The notes: generated by a model from the sequence alone, not told the origin. 64,000 bases of DNA from an uncultured Oscillospiraceae bacterium (GCA_964386575.1 CAYLSA010000002.1:22209-86208), one strand, 5' to 3'; positions 7,961 to 16,708 are shown, numbered from the stretch's first letter. Translations and numbers: made by a program.

Positions 7961-9406
7961 TTACCACCATGGTGTGTACCAGTAATCGTAGATGGAATAG
8001 TTCGTGATGCGGAACAGGCCGAAATCGGCGTGGCGCGCGGGTCGCGCGGACTCGAGTTCGGGATCGTAGATATAGTTGACGCCGTCCTCGGGGATGACCA
8101 CGAAACCATGAGGCGCGTAGTATTCGTTTACCTGCGCTTTCACGATGTAGCAGTTGTAGCCCAGCGCGCGCGCGAGAATGCCGAAGCCCGCGGCATAGTC
8201 GTAGCAGTAGCCGCCGCCGGATTCGAAGAAGCGACGGGCGCGGAAGGAGAACTCGTCATGCACGCCGTCGAAGCCGTAGGTGTACCAGTTGTGGTAGATG
8301 TAGATGTGGTCATGCGTGCAGTACAGGAAGGCCGCGCGCAGAGCGTCCCGATCGCTCTTGTTATCGGCGTCGATCTCAAGCAAAATGCCGCGCACGATCT
8401 CGTCCAGGTCGTCAAGGCCCGTGGTGTAGCAGCCGTTTTCGTCAAACTCCCACTGCTCAAGCCACGCATTGCGCAAAAGGCTGCCGTCTTCCTGCACGTA
8501 ATAAAGCCGTCCGCCGGCGCGGTGGAAGCCCGGTTCAAGCGTTTCGCTGCACCAGTATTCCATGTTCTCGTCGCTGTAGTAGAACTCGTGGATACAACTG
8601 GCCTCGAGTACGTCGGCGTAAAATTCGTGGTCGGCGGGAAGATCGAAGTAGCTGGTGTATTCGCCGCTGAGCAGGATCACGGCCAGATCGCCGCTGCGGC
8701 CGAGTACGCGGTTTAGAATGTGGCAGAACTCCGCCCGCGTTACGGCGGCGTCCGGATAGAATTTGCCGCCCGGCTCGATCCAGCCGCGGTCCACGGCGTT
8801 TTCGATCGCGGCGGCGGCCCAGTGGTCGGTGGTGTCCTCAAAGGCGGGGATGGTGTCCTCCGGCAGACGCTCGACATCCGCGCTGCGGCGGCGGAAGGAG
8901 CCGACATAGGGCTCGTCCATATCGGCCGGCAGGGGCGGATAAAAGCGCGCGAGCATGGTCATCAACTGGGCGCGGCTGAGCATATCGTTGGGGCGGAACT
9001 CGCCCGCCGAATCGGACACCACGCCCCACGCGGTCATGCAGCGGAGAGCCTCGTAAAGTTCGCTGCCCTCGGCCACGTCGGAGAAGGAGCAGGCGCCTTC
9101 GATGGGGTTTTCCAGCAGCGTATACAGCGCCTCGATGGCATCGCCGCGCTTGAGCGGCTCGTCCGGCATGATGCGCGTGAGAAACGGCGACGTGAGATAG
9201 GAAATGTGGTCGTCCGTGTTCAGCTTCGGCAGTGTGCCGGCGGCTGCGGTTTCGCTTTCGCTGCGGGCGGCGGCCACGAGCTTGGTAGAAAGCGCCGGTG
9301 TGGGTGCGGGGTCAACGGAAGCGATGTCCGTCTGGCCGCAGGCGCAAAGCAGCAATGCGAGCAATATGAAAATGGCAAGCGGTGCAAAGCGCTTCAACGG
9401 CGGCAC
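7961..9406 (-). CDS. lipoprotein with SLH-like repeats and a C-terminal transglutaminase-like cysteine protease domain
   Basis: GTG start. Signal and lipobox LLALLLCAC. Two SLH-like units (FSDVAEGSELY...SRAQLMTMLARF; FEDTTDHWAAAAIENAVDRGW...TRAEFCHILNRVL). TGase-core Cys/His/Asp candidates at GGYCYDYA, PHGFV and DPE. Confidence 0.65.
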   Translation of the reverse strand: MPPLKRFAPLAIFILLALLLCACGQTDIASVDPAPTPALSTKLVAAARSESETAAAGTLPKLNTDDHISYLTSPFLTRIMPDEPLKRGDAIEALYTLLENPIEGACSFSDVAEGSELYEALRCMTAWGVVSDSAGEFRPNDMLSRAQLMTMLARFYPPLPADMDEPYVGSFRRRSADVERLPEDTIPAFEDTTDHWAAAAIENAVDRGWIEPGGKFYPDAAVTRAEFCHILNRVLGRSGDLAVILLSGEYTSYFDLPADHEFYADVLEASCIHEFYYSDENMEYWCSETLEPGFHRAGGRLYYVQEDGSLLRNAWLEQWEFDENGCYTTGLDDLDEIVRGILLEIDADNKSDRDALRAAFLYCTHDHIYIYHNWYTYGFDGVHDEFSFRARRFFESGGGYCYDYAAGFGILARALGYNCYIVKAQVNEYYAPHGFVVIPEDGVNYIYDPELESARPARHADFGLFRITNYSIYDYWYTPWW

Positions 9407-9435
9407 ACATCCTTCTGTCTGATTTCGGGGAAATG

Positions 9436-9474
9436 AAAAAGGGGCGGTGCGAGCTTATCACGCCGCCCCAAAAA
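9436..9474. terminator. bidirectional terminator downstream of secreted protein A
   Basis: GGGGCGGTG...CACGCCGCCCC hairpin flanked by AAAAA on both sides (a T-run on the minus strand). Confidence 0.7.
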
Positions 9475-9488
9475 TATCGCTATGGCTT

Positions 9489-11534
9489 TCAGCCGGCCGC
9501 GCCGGCAAGGATCGCGGGCAGAACGCCGTTCGGGTCGTCCACGGAGGCGACGCCCGTCTGCTCGTCGTAGCTTACGTCAAGGCCCAGAAGCTTCAAAAGC
9601 AGACCGATATCAAGCTCCAGCTTGCCGTCTTCGAGCTTCGCGCCCTCGATGTTGAGCTCAACGCCTTCGTTGGCTTCGTCCACCACGATCACAACGCCTT
9701 CGTAGGTCTTGCCGGCCTCAAGCGCGTCGATCTTCGTGCCGGTGGAGAGGTCATAGGCCGGCGCATCGTTGGACATGGCGCAGTCGACATAGATCTCCAA
9801 GCCCTCGCCGCGGATCGAGTCGGGGTCGGCGACGGTGAGACTGTAGAGATTCGAGGTGCCGGTCACATTCCAGACGGAATCGGCGTCGATGTTCATGCGA
9901 ACGCCCCAAACGGTCTCGTAGCTGTCGTTATAGATGAACTTCTGCAGGCTGGTCTCCTCGGCGGTCATCTCGCCGCTGGGTGCGCTCAGCTCGTCCTCAT
10001 CGAGGGCGGCGATCTGGTCGCGCCAGTAGCTGTTCCACGCGGCAAGCGTCGTGCCGACCACGGCGCCGTTCAGTGTGGCGTTTTCGAGCGCGAGATCCAT
10101 TTTGCGCATATAGTCCTCGTGCAGCACGTCGCCATCGACGGTCATGTTGCGGAACACGACCTCGTCGCCAATGTATTCCGTGCCGTCCACGGGGTAGATG
10201 CCGGAGGCCATGGAGTCATAGATGAACTGGCTGTGCACGGCAATGCCGGTGCGGCTGACAAGCTCACAGTCGTCAAAGATCAGCTTGCCGCTGTGGCTGC
10301 GGATGATGGCGCAGGCGCCGGACTGGTAGTCGTTGAGCAGCTTGCTCACGCCGGTGTTTTCCTTGTCCCAGTCGCTCCAGTCGGTGCCGTCGGCAAAGGT
10401 GACATCCTCGCCCATGGTGGAGATATACGCGCCGGTGATCTCGGCCACGGCCTGCGAATCCGGACCGGACATATCCGCGTGCATCATGATGGGCTGGTCA
10501 TACGCGGCGATGACGGTGCGGCCGTCCTCGGTCACGGCGGGGGTGGCAAGGTCGCCGGAGCCGGTGTAGGGCTCGGTGGCCTCGGCGGGCGCGGCGTCGA
10601 GCGGGTCAACGGACAAGATCGCGTTGCGGCAGACCGTAACGCCCACGTTGCCGCCGACCAGACGGCTGCCGTAGATGTGGGTGGTGCAGCCGGCGGCGTC
10701 ATACAGGGCATAGCCGCCGTCGCCAATGTTTTCCACGTCGGAGTTGACCACATACATGGTGGTGGAGGTGTTATCGTAGCTCAAACCGCCCCAGGCATTC
10801 GTGAGCACCTGGGAGTTGAGGAACCAGACGTTGCCGCCCATGAGCAGCAGGGCGCGGGTGTCGTGGTTGATGAAGGTGGAATCCGAGCAGATCAGATCCG
10901 GCAGCTGCGTGGCGTTTTTGTCGCGGGATTTGGAGGGGATATGCACGCTGGGACGGCCGGTGGAGTTGGATTCGATGTAGACGTTATTGAGCGAGATGGA
11001 CTTGCCGTTGAACGCAAGACCCACGCCGGGCGCCGTCTCCTGCGCGGAGTCGGGCAGGGCCTCGTCCTCGTCGTAGCGCATCACGATCACGCTGTTGTAG
11101 CGCTGGCCGTCGGGCGCATCGTAAAGGTCCTCCTCGCCGCCGAGCGAGAACAGCGTTTCCTCGTCGGTGCGGGCGTTGATGACGATGCCGGAGTTGCCAA
11201 CGGTGTTTTCCTCGTCCCAATCCACGCGCGCGCAGTCGATATAGATGCCCTCAAGGGCGTAATCCTCGCCCTCGGTGGGGATGTCGAGCGTGTTGGGGAT
11301 GTCGGCATCGTAAGCGTCCGTGAGATTTTCCGTCAGGGTATAGCCATCGTCGCCGTATTCGATGTAGAGGGCGGCGCGGCTTCCAAGCACATCCACGGCT
11401 CGCGTGGAATTGTCCGGCGGGGCGCTGGTGGCGCGGCCACCCATGGAGGTGTCGGGCATACCGGAGGCATAAGCGCCGAGACTCATCAGCAGAGTCAGCG
11501 CCATGGCGAGAGCTAGGATCCTGCGAGTTTTCAT
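9489..11534 (-). CDS. large secreted protein, paralog A of a three-member family (possible beta-helix); function unknown
   Basis: 681 aa from ATG 11534, with AAAGGAG RBS 8 nt upstream. Signal peptide MKTRRILALAMALTLLMSLGAYA. C-terminal WNVTGTSNLYSLTV motif is shared with paralogs B and C. The tail LLKLLGLDVSYDEQTGVASV resembles a copper-amine-oxidase N-terminal-like 'stalk' motif. Confidence 0.7.
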   Translation of the reverse strand: MKTRRILALAMALTLLMSLGAYASGMPDTSMGGRATSAPPDNSTRAVDVLGSRAALYIEYGDDGYTLTENLTDAYDADIPNTLDIPTEGEDYALEGIYIDCARVDWDEENTVGNSGIVINARTDEETLFSLGGEEDLYDAPDGQRYNSVIVMRYDEDEALPDSAQETAPGVGLAFNGKSISLNNVYIESNSTGRPSVHIPSKSRDKNATQLPDLICSDSTFINHDTRALLLMGGNVWFLNSQVLTNAWGGLSYDNTSTTMYVVNSDVENIGDGGYALYDAAGCTTHIYGSRLVGGNVGVTVCRNAILSVDPLDAAPAEATEPYTGSGDLATPAVTEDGRTVIAAYDQPIMMHADMSGPDSQAVAEITGAYISTMGEDVTFADGTDWSDWDKENTGVSKLLNDYQSGACAIIRSHSGKLIFDDCELVSRTGIAVHSQFIYDSMASGIYPVDGTEYIGDEVVFRNMTVDGDVLHEDYMRKMDLALENATLNGAVVGTTLAAWNSYWRDQIAALDEDELSAPSGEMTAEETSLQKFIYNDSYETVWGVRMNIDADSVWNVTGTSNLYSLTVADPDSIRGEGLEIYVDCAMSNDAPAYDLSTGTKIDALEAGKTYEGVVIVVDEANEGVELNIEGAKLEDGKLELDIGLLLKLLGLDVSYDEQTGVASVDDPNGVLPAILAGAAG

Positions 11535-11571
11535 GAGATGTGCTCCTTTCACTATTAAGATGTATCATCTG

Positions 11572-11600
11572 ATTTTATCACTCCGCAGGGGGCAAAGCAA
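11572..11600 (-). promoter_or_regulatory. promoter for secreted protein A
   Basis: Minus strand: TTGCTT - 17 nt - TAAAAT with an extended TG (TGATAAAAT). Confidence 0.45.
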
Positions 11601-11643
11601 TAATATGGGACGAAAAATGTGGAGAAATTGTGAAAGAAATGCT

Positions 11644-11671
11644 AAAAGACGAAGCCGCGGCTTCGTCTTTT
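11644..11671. terminator. palindromic terminator after the Crp/Fnr gene
   Basis: AAAAGACGAAGC-CGCG-GCTTCGTCTTTT, a perfect palindrome with A and T runs. Confidence 0.75.
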
Positions 11672-11708
11672 AACGCAAGGGATGGTGTTAAACGTAAAAA
11701 TCTATGCG

Positions 11709-12314
11709 TCAATGCGTCGGAGTATCCGGCGCAGGGTCGCCGTTTTCCTTGTCCAGCTCGCGGCGGATGCGGCTGATGGTCTCGGGGGCAATGTGAAGAT
11801 AGGCTGCGACGTATTTGTTCAGTCCGCGCGGCGGGAAATTCGGGTGCTTTTCCAAAAACCACATATAGCGCTCGCGCGCGGAGTTGCAGTGCAGGATCTG
11901 CTTTTCCTCGCGGCTGTCCTGCGCGCAGCGCATAAGGATGGTGAAGAAGCTGTGCTGCATGGCGGGCTCGGTCTCCAGCAGTTTGGCCGCGAATTCTGCC
12001 GGCCACAAAAGCACCTGTGCGCTCGATAGGACCTTGGCCGTGTGGCAGGACGGCGCGTTCAGACCGGAAACCGGCAGCATCGGCGTGCCGGGCGCGTCCG
12101 TGACGCAGTCGATGACCAGTCCGCCGTGTTCATCCGGTTCCACGGCGGCCACCACGCCCGAAAGCAGGAAGCCGACCTCCTGCGGGATGGTACCGTGCTC
12201 ATAGATCACGTCGCCTTTTTTGAAATTGCGTATCGTGGTTTTTTGAAAGATGCGATCCAGCAGATCCTCGTCATCGAGGCCGAGCATATCCTTCAGGATT
12301 TGTTTCAGATCCAT
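11709..12314 (-). CDS. Crp/Fnr family transcriptional regulator
   Basis: 201 aa. N-terminal cNMP-binding-like beta-roll (FKKGDVIYEHGTIPQEVGFLLSGVV). C-terminal HTH (YVAAYLHIAPETISRIRREL). Confidence 0.8.
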   Translation of the reverse strand: MDLKQILKDMLGLDDEDLLDRIFQKTTIRNFKKGDVIYEHGTIPQEVGFLLSGVVAAVEPDEHGGLVIDCVTDAPGTPMLPVSGLNAPSCHTAKVLSSAQVLLWPAEFAAKLLETEPAMQHSFFTILMRCAQDSREEKQILHCNSARERYMWFLEKHPNFPPRGLNKYVAAYLHIAPETISRIRRELDKENGDPAPDTPTH

Positions 12315-12396
12315 TCCATCCCCCTTTTGCGCGAAAGCGGGTTACTTGGTCACCGAGCGTTTTGTATCATTATATGGATATTTCCAAGAAATTTCA

Positions 12397-12410
12397 TTGA
12401 CGCAGATCAA
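12397..12410. promoter_or_regulatory. FNR/CRP-type palindrome upstream of the Crp/Fnr gene
   Basis: TTGAC-GCAG-ATCAA, one mismatch from TTGAT-N4-ATCAA. Lies about 85-95 nt upstream of the ATG at 12314, in an AT-rich stretch. Confidence 0.35.
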
Positions 12411-12452
12411 TCTTTTTATATTTTTTTCAATAATTTTGCAGGATCTATGTGC

Positions 12453-12483
12453 AAAAACTCCGGTGGGCCGAAGTCCACCGGAG
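12453..12483 (-). terminator. rho-independent terminator after secreted protein B
   Basis: Minus strand: CTCCGGTGG-ACTTCGGC-CCACCGGAG followed by TTTTT. Confidence 0.75.
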
Positions 12484-12498
12484 CTGCGCTTCAAGAAC

Positions 12499-15138
12499 TT
12501 AGGCGGCGGGGAAATCCTCGCCGGGGTAATTGGCGGCCATCCAGCTGGCATAATCCATCGCGCCGATCACGACGTTGATGTCGCAGAAGGGGGCGATGTA
12601 GGGGCTGGCGGCGGCGTAGATGTCGTCGGGGATGCCGGCCTGGCTGGCCATGAAGCTGTCGGCCAGGGCATACGCGGCCACATAGTCGCGGAACTCGTCG
12701 AAGTGGGGATAGGTGCCCGCGTCGAGTCCGGCGTTCAGGCTTTCATCCCAACCGGTGGGCATATCGCCGGCCATGGCGGTATCGGCAGCGGCGGGCTCGG
12801 CTACGGCGGGAGCCGCATTGGCGGCGGACCATTCCTCAAAGGTCATGGGGCTGCCGTTGTTGAGCATGCCGTTCCAAAGCATCTCGGCGGGGAAGCTCTC
12901 GTAGTCACCGGCGTAGATCAGAGGCATGAACTCGTTTTCCACGATGTCCTCGGTCATGGTGTCGTTGCCGGCGTCCTCTTCCTTCAGCCACTCGTGCAGG
13001 TATTCGTTGTACGCGTCCACATCGCCGCCGGCGGAAGCCGCGGACTCGGTGGGCTCGACCATGATGATGCCGCTGTCAAGAACGGTGATGGTGCCGTTGA
13101 CGGTGGAGCTGTCGTCCACATCGAGAACGGAGACATAGCTCGTTTCGGTCACGTTCCACACGGCGCCGTTTTTCAGCGTGACGATGACGCCGTTGTTCAC
13201 GGTCTCACTGGCGTAGCAGTTGACGCGGCCGAGATTCTCGCGGCAGCCGTAGGTCAGGCCGTCCTCGCCGACGATGGTGTCGTCGCCATAGGCAAGGGAG
13301 CGGTCCACGCCGTCCACATCATGCTCGCACCAGCCGGAGGAGATGATGCCGGTAAGCTCGGAGCCGTCGAGCGTGAGAACGAGGTTCTTGGACGTGAACT
13401 GGTGGCAGTTGAAGATGTCGCCTTCCAGCGCGGTCTCGCCAACGCAGTCCTGGAAGTAGGCTTCCACGACCTCGTTGTAGTTATACTCGGTGCCGGCGGC
13501 CCACATGGTGCTGGCGGGGCCCCAGTTCTTGGCGGCCGTCACGTCGTGGTTTTCGTCCTTGGGAGCGATGGAATCGTCAAAGGTGATGGAGGTGCCGCCG
13601 AGGGAGCCGGGATCGTCCGAGTCAAAGGCAAGCACGAGCACGGGGGCGTCGATCTTGCAGTTGCGCACGAACAGGTTCGAGCCGGTCGCGCCCATCATCA
13701 TGGTGGAGGAAGAGGCATTTTCGTCCAGGTTGTCCTGGGTGTAGCCGTCGCCGGTGCCCTTGTAGATGAAGGCGATCTCGCCGGCGTTGAGCTCGGAGTC
13801 GGCGCAGAAGGTGATGCCGCCGGCGTTGGAGTGGCACATCACGATGCTCTTGCGCGCGTTGACCACGGTGCCGTTGACATAGGCGGAGGAGGCGTATTCG
13901 TTGGCTTCCACGTTGCCGTAGTCAGCGTTCACGAGGCAGTTGGAGTAGACGTTGATGTTCGCGCCGATGGAGTAGGAGGAGTAGCCCGTGCGGCCCTCGT
14001 CCATGTCCAGAATGTTCAGCTCGCAGTTGCAAAGGGTGTTCTTGCCGGGGAAGTAGTAAAGGCTGTAGTCGTTGGTCTGCGGCAGAGCCACGAGATCGTC
14101 CTCGTCCTCCACGGCGGCCAGCTCTTCCAGGTATTCATCCGTCAGACCCGTCGCGGCCACGGCGAACTCGTCGAGACCCATGATCTCGCCGTCGGCATTG
14201 GCATAGCCCTCGCCCTCGACATAAGCCGCGCTCAGCTCCTTGAGATCCTCGGCTTCGGGAGCCTCGGTGCCGTCCACGGACAGGCAGGCCCAGCCGAAGG
14301 AGTCGATGATGGTGTTGGCATAGTAAACGTCATAGTAGTCGCAGAACTGGCAGGTGCGCACCACGCCGTGCAGACCCAGCACCCAAACGGAGCAGTCCTC
14401 GCCCTCGGGGTCGCCCAGAGAGGTGAGAGTGGAGTCCGTGACATAGATGGTGGGGTAGGAATCGTGGGTGGACAGACCGCCATACAGGCAGGTGCGGGTC
14501 ACGCCGTCGCCGACGACGTCCACGCCGTTGACGAACAGCACGCTGTCGCCGGTGGCCGCAATGGCGCAGCCGTCGCCGGTGAAGTCGTTGCCGCCGGATT
14601 CGTGGTTGCCGGTCTGAAGGATCTCAAACTCGGAATCATCGATGCGATATTCGCCGCCGTTGATGGTGAAAACGCTCATGTTGGGGTCGTCGATCACGAT
14701 CTTGGCGTCGGACAGGCCCTTTTTGTCAAGGTCGCCGTTGACCGCCGCGTCCGCCGCATAAACGCCCTTGTCGTTCGACACGATCAGACTCTTGGTGCTG
14801 TAGTCCATATTGCCGTCGTTCGACTCGGTCATCTTCACCGGGGTGAACACGACCTCACCGGCGTAGGTGCCGGCCGCCTGCGGGACATACGCGCCATCGA
14901 CCGTCATGACGATGAAGTAGCCCTCGGCGCCGGTATAGCCGGCGTTTTTGGCGATGGTCAGGCCGTCGGGATAGGTCTTGACCTCCGTCAGCTCGCTGTA
15001 GGTGGAGAGCGTTTCACCCGCGGGCTCGGCAGAGGGCTCGCCGGAAGGCTCACCGGAGGCCGCCAGAGCGAAGCCGCTCAGACTGGCCAGCAGGCACAGC
15101 GCCATCAGCAAACAGATCAGCTTTCTTGTTCCTTTCAT
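12499..15138 (-). CDS. large secreted protein, paralog B; function unknown
   Basis: 879 aa from ATG 15138, with AAGGAGG RBS. Signal peptide MKGTRKLICLLMALCLLASLSGFALA, then a GEPS linker. Collinear similarity to paralog C (NDFTGDGCAIAATGD vs NDFAGVGAGIAVGGD; AVWNVTETSYVSVLDVDD vs SVWTPNKTCFLTVLDVEE). Carries an extra 172-aa C-terminal extension. Confidence 0.75.
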   Translation of the reverse strand: MKGTRKLICLLMALCLLASLSGFALAASGEPSGEPSAEPAGETLSTYSELTEVKTYPDGLTIAKNAGYTGAEGYFIVMTVDGAYVPQAAGTYAGEVVFTPVKMTESNDGNMDYSTKSLIVSNDKGVYAADAAVNGDLDKKGLSDAKIVIDDPNMSVFTINGGEYRIDDSEFEILQTGNHESGGNDFTGDGCAIAATGDSVLFVNGVDVVGDGVTRTCLYGGLSTHDSYPTIYVTDSTLTSLGDPEGEDCSVWVLGLHGVVRTCQFCDYYDVYYANTIIDSFGWACLSVDGTEAPEAEDLKELSAAYVEGEGYANADGEIMGLDEFAVAATGLTDEYLEELAAVEDEDDLVALPQTNDYSLYYFPGKNTLCNCELNILDMDEGRTGYSSYSIGANINVYSNCLVNADYGNVEANEYASSAYVNGTVVNARKSIVMCHSNAGGITFCADSELNAGEIAFIYKGTGDGYTQDNLDENASSSTMMMGATGSNLFVRNCKIDAPVLVLAFDSDDPGSLGGTSITFDDSIAPKDENHDVTAAKNWGPASTMWAAGTEYNYNEVVEAYFQDCVGETALEGDIFNCHQFTSKNLVLTLDGSELTGIISSGWCEHDVDGVDRSLAYGDDTIVGEDGLTYGCRENLGRVNCYASETVNNGVIVTLKNGAVWNVTETSYVSVLDVDDSSTVNGTITVLDSGIIMVEPTESAASAGGDVDAYNEYLHEWLKEEDAGNDTMTEDIVENEFMPLIYAGDYESFPAEMLWNGMLNNGSPMTFEEWSAANAAPAVAEPAAADTAMAGDMPTGWDESLNAGLDAGTYPHFDEFRDYVAAYALADSFMASQAGIPDDIYAAASPYIAPFCDINVVIGAMDYASWMAANYPGEDFPAA

Positions 15139-15175
15139 GGGATCCTCCTTACAAAAATCCAATTTGGTACTTCCA

Positions 15176-15205
15176 ATTGTAGGGCGCACGTGAAAGTCTT
15201 GTCAA
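15176..15205 (-). promoter_or_regulatory. promoter for secreted protein B
   Basis: Minus strand: TTGACA - 18 nt - TACAAT. Confidence 0.5.
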
Positions 15206-15295
15206 GCATTTTAACGTTGTGCGTGCGGACAAAAACCCCCGTGCTTTTATGTCGATTTTGACGAAAATGGATAAAAATCAAAACTTGTCGTCGTG

Positions 15296-15333
15296 CAAAA
15301 AGCAAAAAAGAGGCAGGGCGTATGGCCCTGCCT
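15296..15333 (-). terminator. rho-independent terminator after the PrsA-like gene
   Basis: Minus strand: AGGCAGGGC-CATAC-GCCCTGCCT followed by CTTTTTTGCTTTTT. Confidence 0.75.
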
Positions 15334-15357
15334 TGGTATATAAGATCGTTGGAAGTA

Positions 15358-16602
15358 TTACAGCGTGGCGAAAAGCTGCGCCAGATCGATCACATCGAAG
15401 CCCTCGGCCCATTCGATCTCGGCGGCTTCGGCGGCCGCGCTGGTGTTCTGGCTGAAGATGTTGTTGAGCGCATAGTCGCGCAGCGTCACATCGTAGCCAT
15501 AGCTGTTCTGGCCCAGAACGCCGTCCGGGTCGAGCGGCAGACGCAGGATGATGTGGTAGCCATAGTCGCTTTCCACCACCTCGCTCAAGCCGAGGTCTTC
15601 ATCCAGGGCGAGAACGCCGTTTTCAAATTCCTCCACCATCTCGCCGGGCAGGAACAGATAACCCTCGGGATGCGTGGCCAGACCGGTGTCCTCGGAATTT
15701 TCGTTCATGAGCTTGTCGAAATAGGCCTCGAACTCGTCGCGCGCGGCGGCAGCGGGATCGACCGGCTCGCCGGAGGCATCGGTCTCGGTCTCGGTCGTGC
15801 CGGCGGCCTCGATGGCGGCCAGCTCCGCGTTTTTCGCCTCGGTCAGCTCGGCCATGAGATACTCGGCCGTCGCGGCCTTTTCGGCGATGGTGTCGTCGTC
15901 CAGCGGCTCGCGCGTCTGGCTGTCCACCGTGAGCAGAAGGATGTGCTTGGCGGCCATGTAGCCCTGCGCGGCGGCCCATTCGAGCACCTGTTCGTCGGTG
16001 ATTTCCGCGGTCTGATATGCAAACAGCGCGCGCTCGGCCAGCATATATTTGGCCAGCTTGAGCTGAAGATCATAGCTCACGCCGGTCTCGGTGAGGTATT
16101 CTTCAAAGGCGGTCTGCTCCTCCTCGCTCAGCTCGCCGTTGCCGTCGCCAAAGAGCTGGTCGGCCTCCATGCGGAGCTCCTCCGCCGCCTGCTCATCCGT
16201 GGGGGTGACGCCGGCCTCGTCCGTCAGGGAGAGGATCATGTGGAAATAGAGCATATCGCTTTGCGCCAGCGAGCGCACGACCTGCTCGTTGGTCATGTTG
16301 ACGTAGTAGACGTTCTGCGCGTCCCAGTCGGTGATCTCGCCGAGCTGGCTTTCCACGCTCTGGCGGCAGTTGTTGAGCCAGTAGTAGTATTCCTCCCACA
16401 GGCATTCAAGGCCGTTCACCGTGCAGATGAGCTCATCGGCGGCATAGGCGTTCGCCGGAGATTTGAGCTGGTCGATGGTGGCGGCGGCCTCCTCCGCGGC
16501 GGAGACGGTCTCGCTGGAGTATTCTTCGATCTTGCTGCCGCAGCCGGACAGGAGAGCGGCCAGCAGACACAGGCACAAAACGGATGCAAGAAGCTTTTTC
16601 AT
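15358..16602 (-). CDS. PrsA/SurA-like lipoprotein with a C-terminal parvulin-type PPIase domain
   Basis: Signal and lipobox LLAALLSGC. C-terminal GYLFLPGEMVEEFENGVLAL...SDYGYHIILRL matches the parvulin PPIC motif. Confidence 0.6.
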   Translation of the reverse strand: MKKLLASVLCLCLLAALLSGCGSKIEEYSSETVSAAEEAAATIDQLKSPANAYAADELICTVNGLECLWEEYYYWLNNCRQSVESQLGEITDWDAQNVYYVNMTNEQVVRSLAQSDMLYFHMILSLTDEAGVTPTDEQAAEELRMEADQLFGDGNGELSEEEQTAFEEYLTETGVSYDLQLKLAKYMLAERALFAYQTAEITDEQVLEWAAAQGYMAAKHILLLTVDSQTREPLDDDTIAEKAATAEYLMAELTEAKNAELAAIEAAGTTETETDASGEPVDPAAAARDEFEAYFDKLMNENSEDTGLATHPEGYLFLPGEMVEEFENGVLALDEDLGLSEVVESDYGYHIILRLPLDPDGVLGQNSYGYDVTLRDYALNNIFSQNTSAAAEAAEIEWAEGFDVIDLAQLFATL

Positions 16603-16679
16603 AATGGTCCCTCGGTAATTAAAATTTGGACTATATCATACCAAATCGCGCACGGTTTGTCCATACGCTTTGAATTCTC

Positions 16680-16708
16680 TTGACGGCGCGCGCGGCGAGT
16701 GGTATCAT
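16680..16708 (+). promoter_or_regulatory. promoter for trkA-trkH
   Basis: TTGACG - 17 nt - TATCAT. Confidence 0.5.

Noticed and set aside
7961-9406. Choline-binding / cell-wall-binding repeat in the SLH-transglutaminase lipoprotein (GRLYYVQEDGSLLRNAWLEQWEFDENG).
   Set aside because: Only a single degenerate unit is visible. Such repeats normally occur in tandem arrays, so no domain was called.
11553-11643. CRP-type TGTGA-N6-TCACA site upstream of secreted protein A (TGTGGAGAAATTGTGAAAG).
   Set aside because: The two half-sites are direct repeats, not inverted, and the spacing does not fit CRP/FNR consensus.
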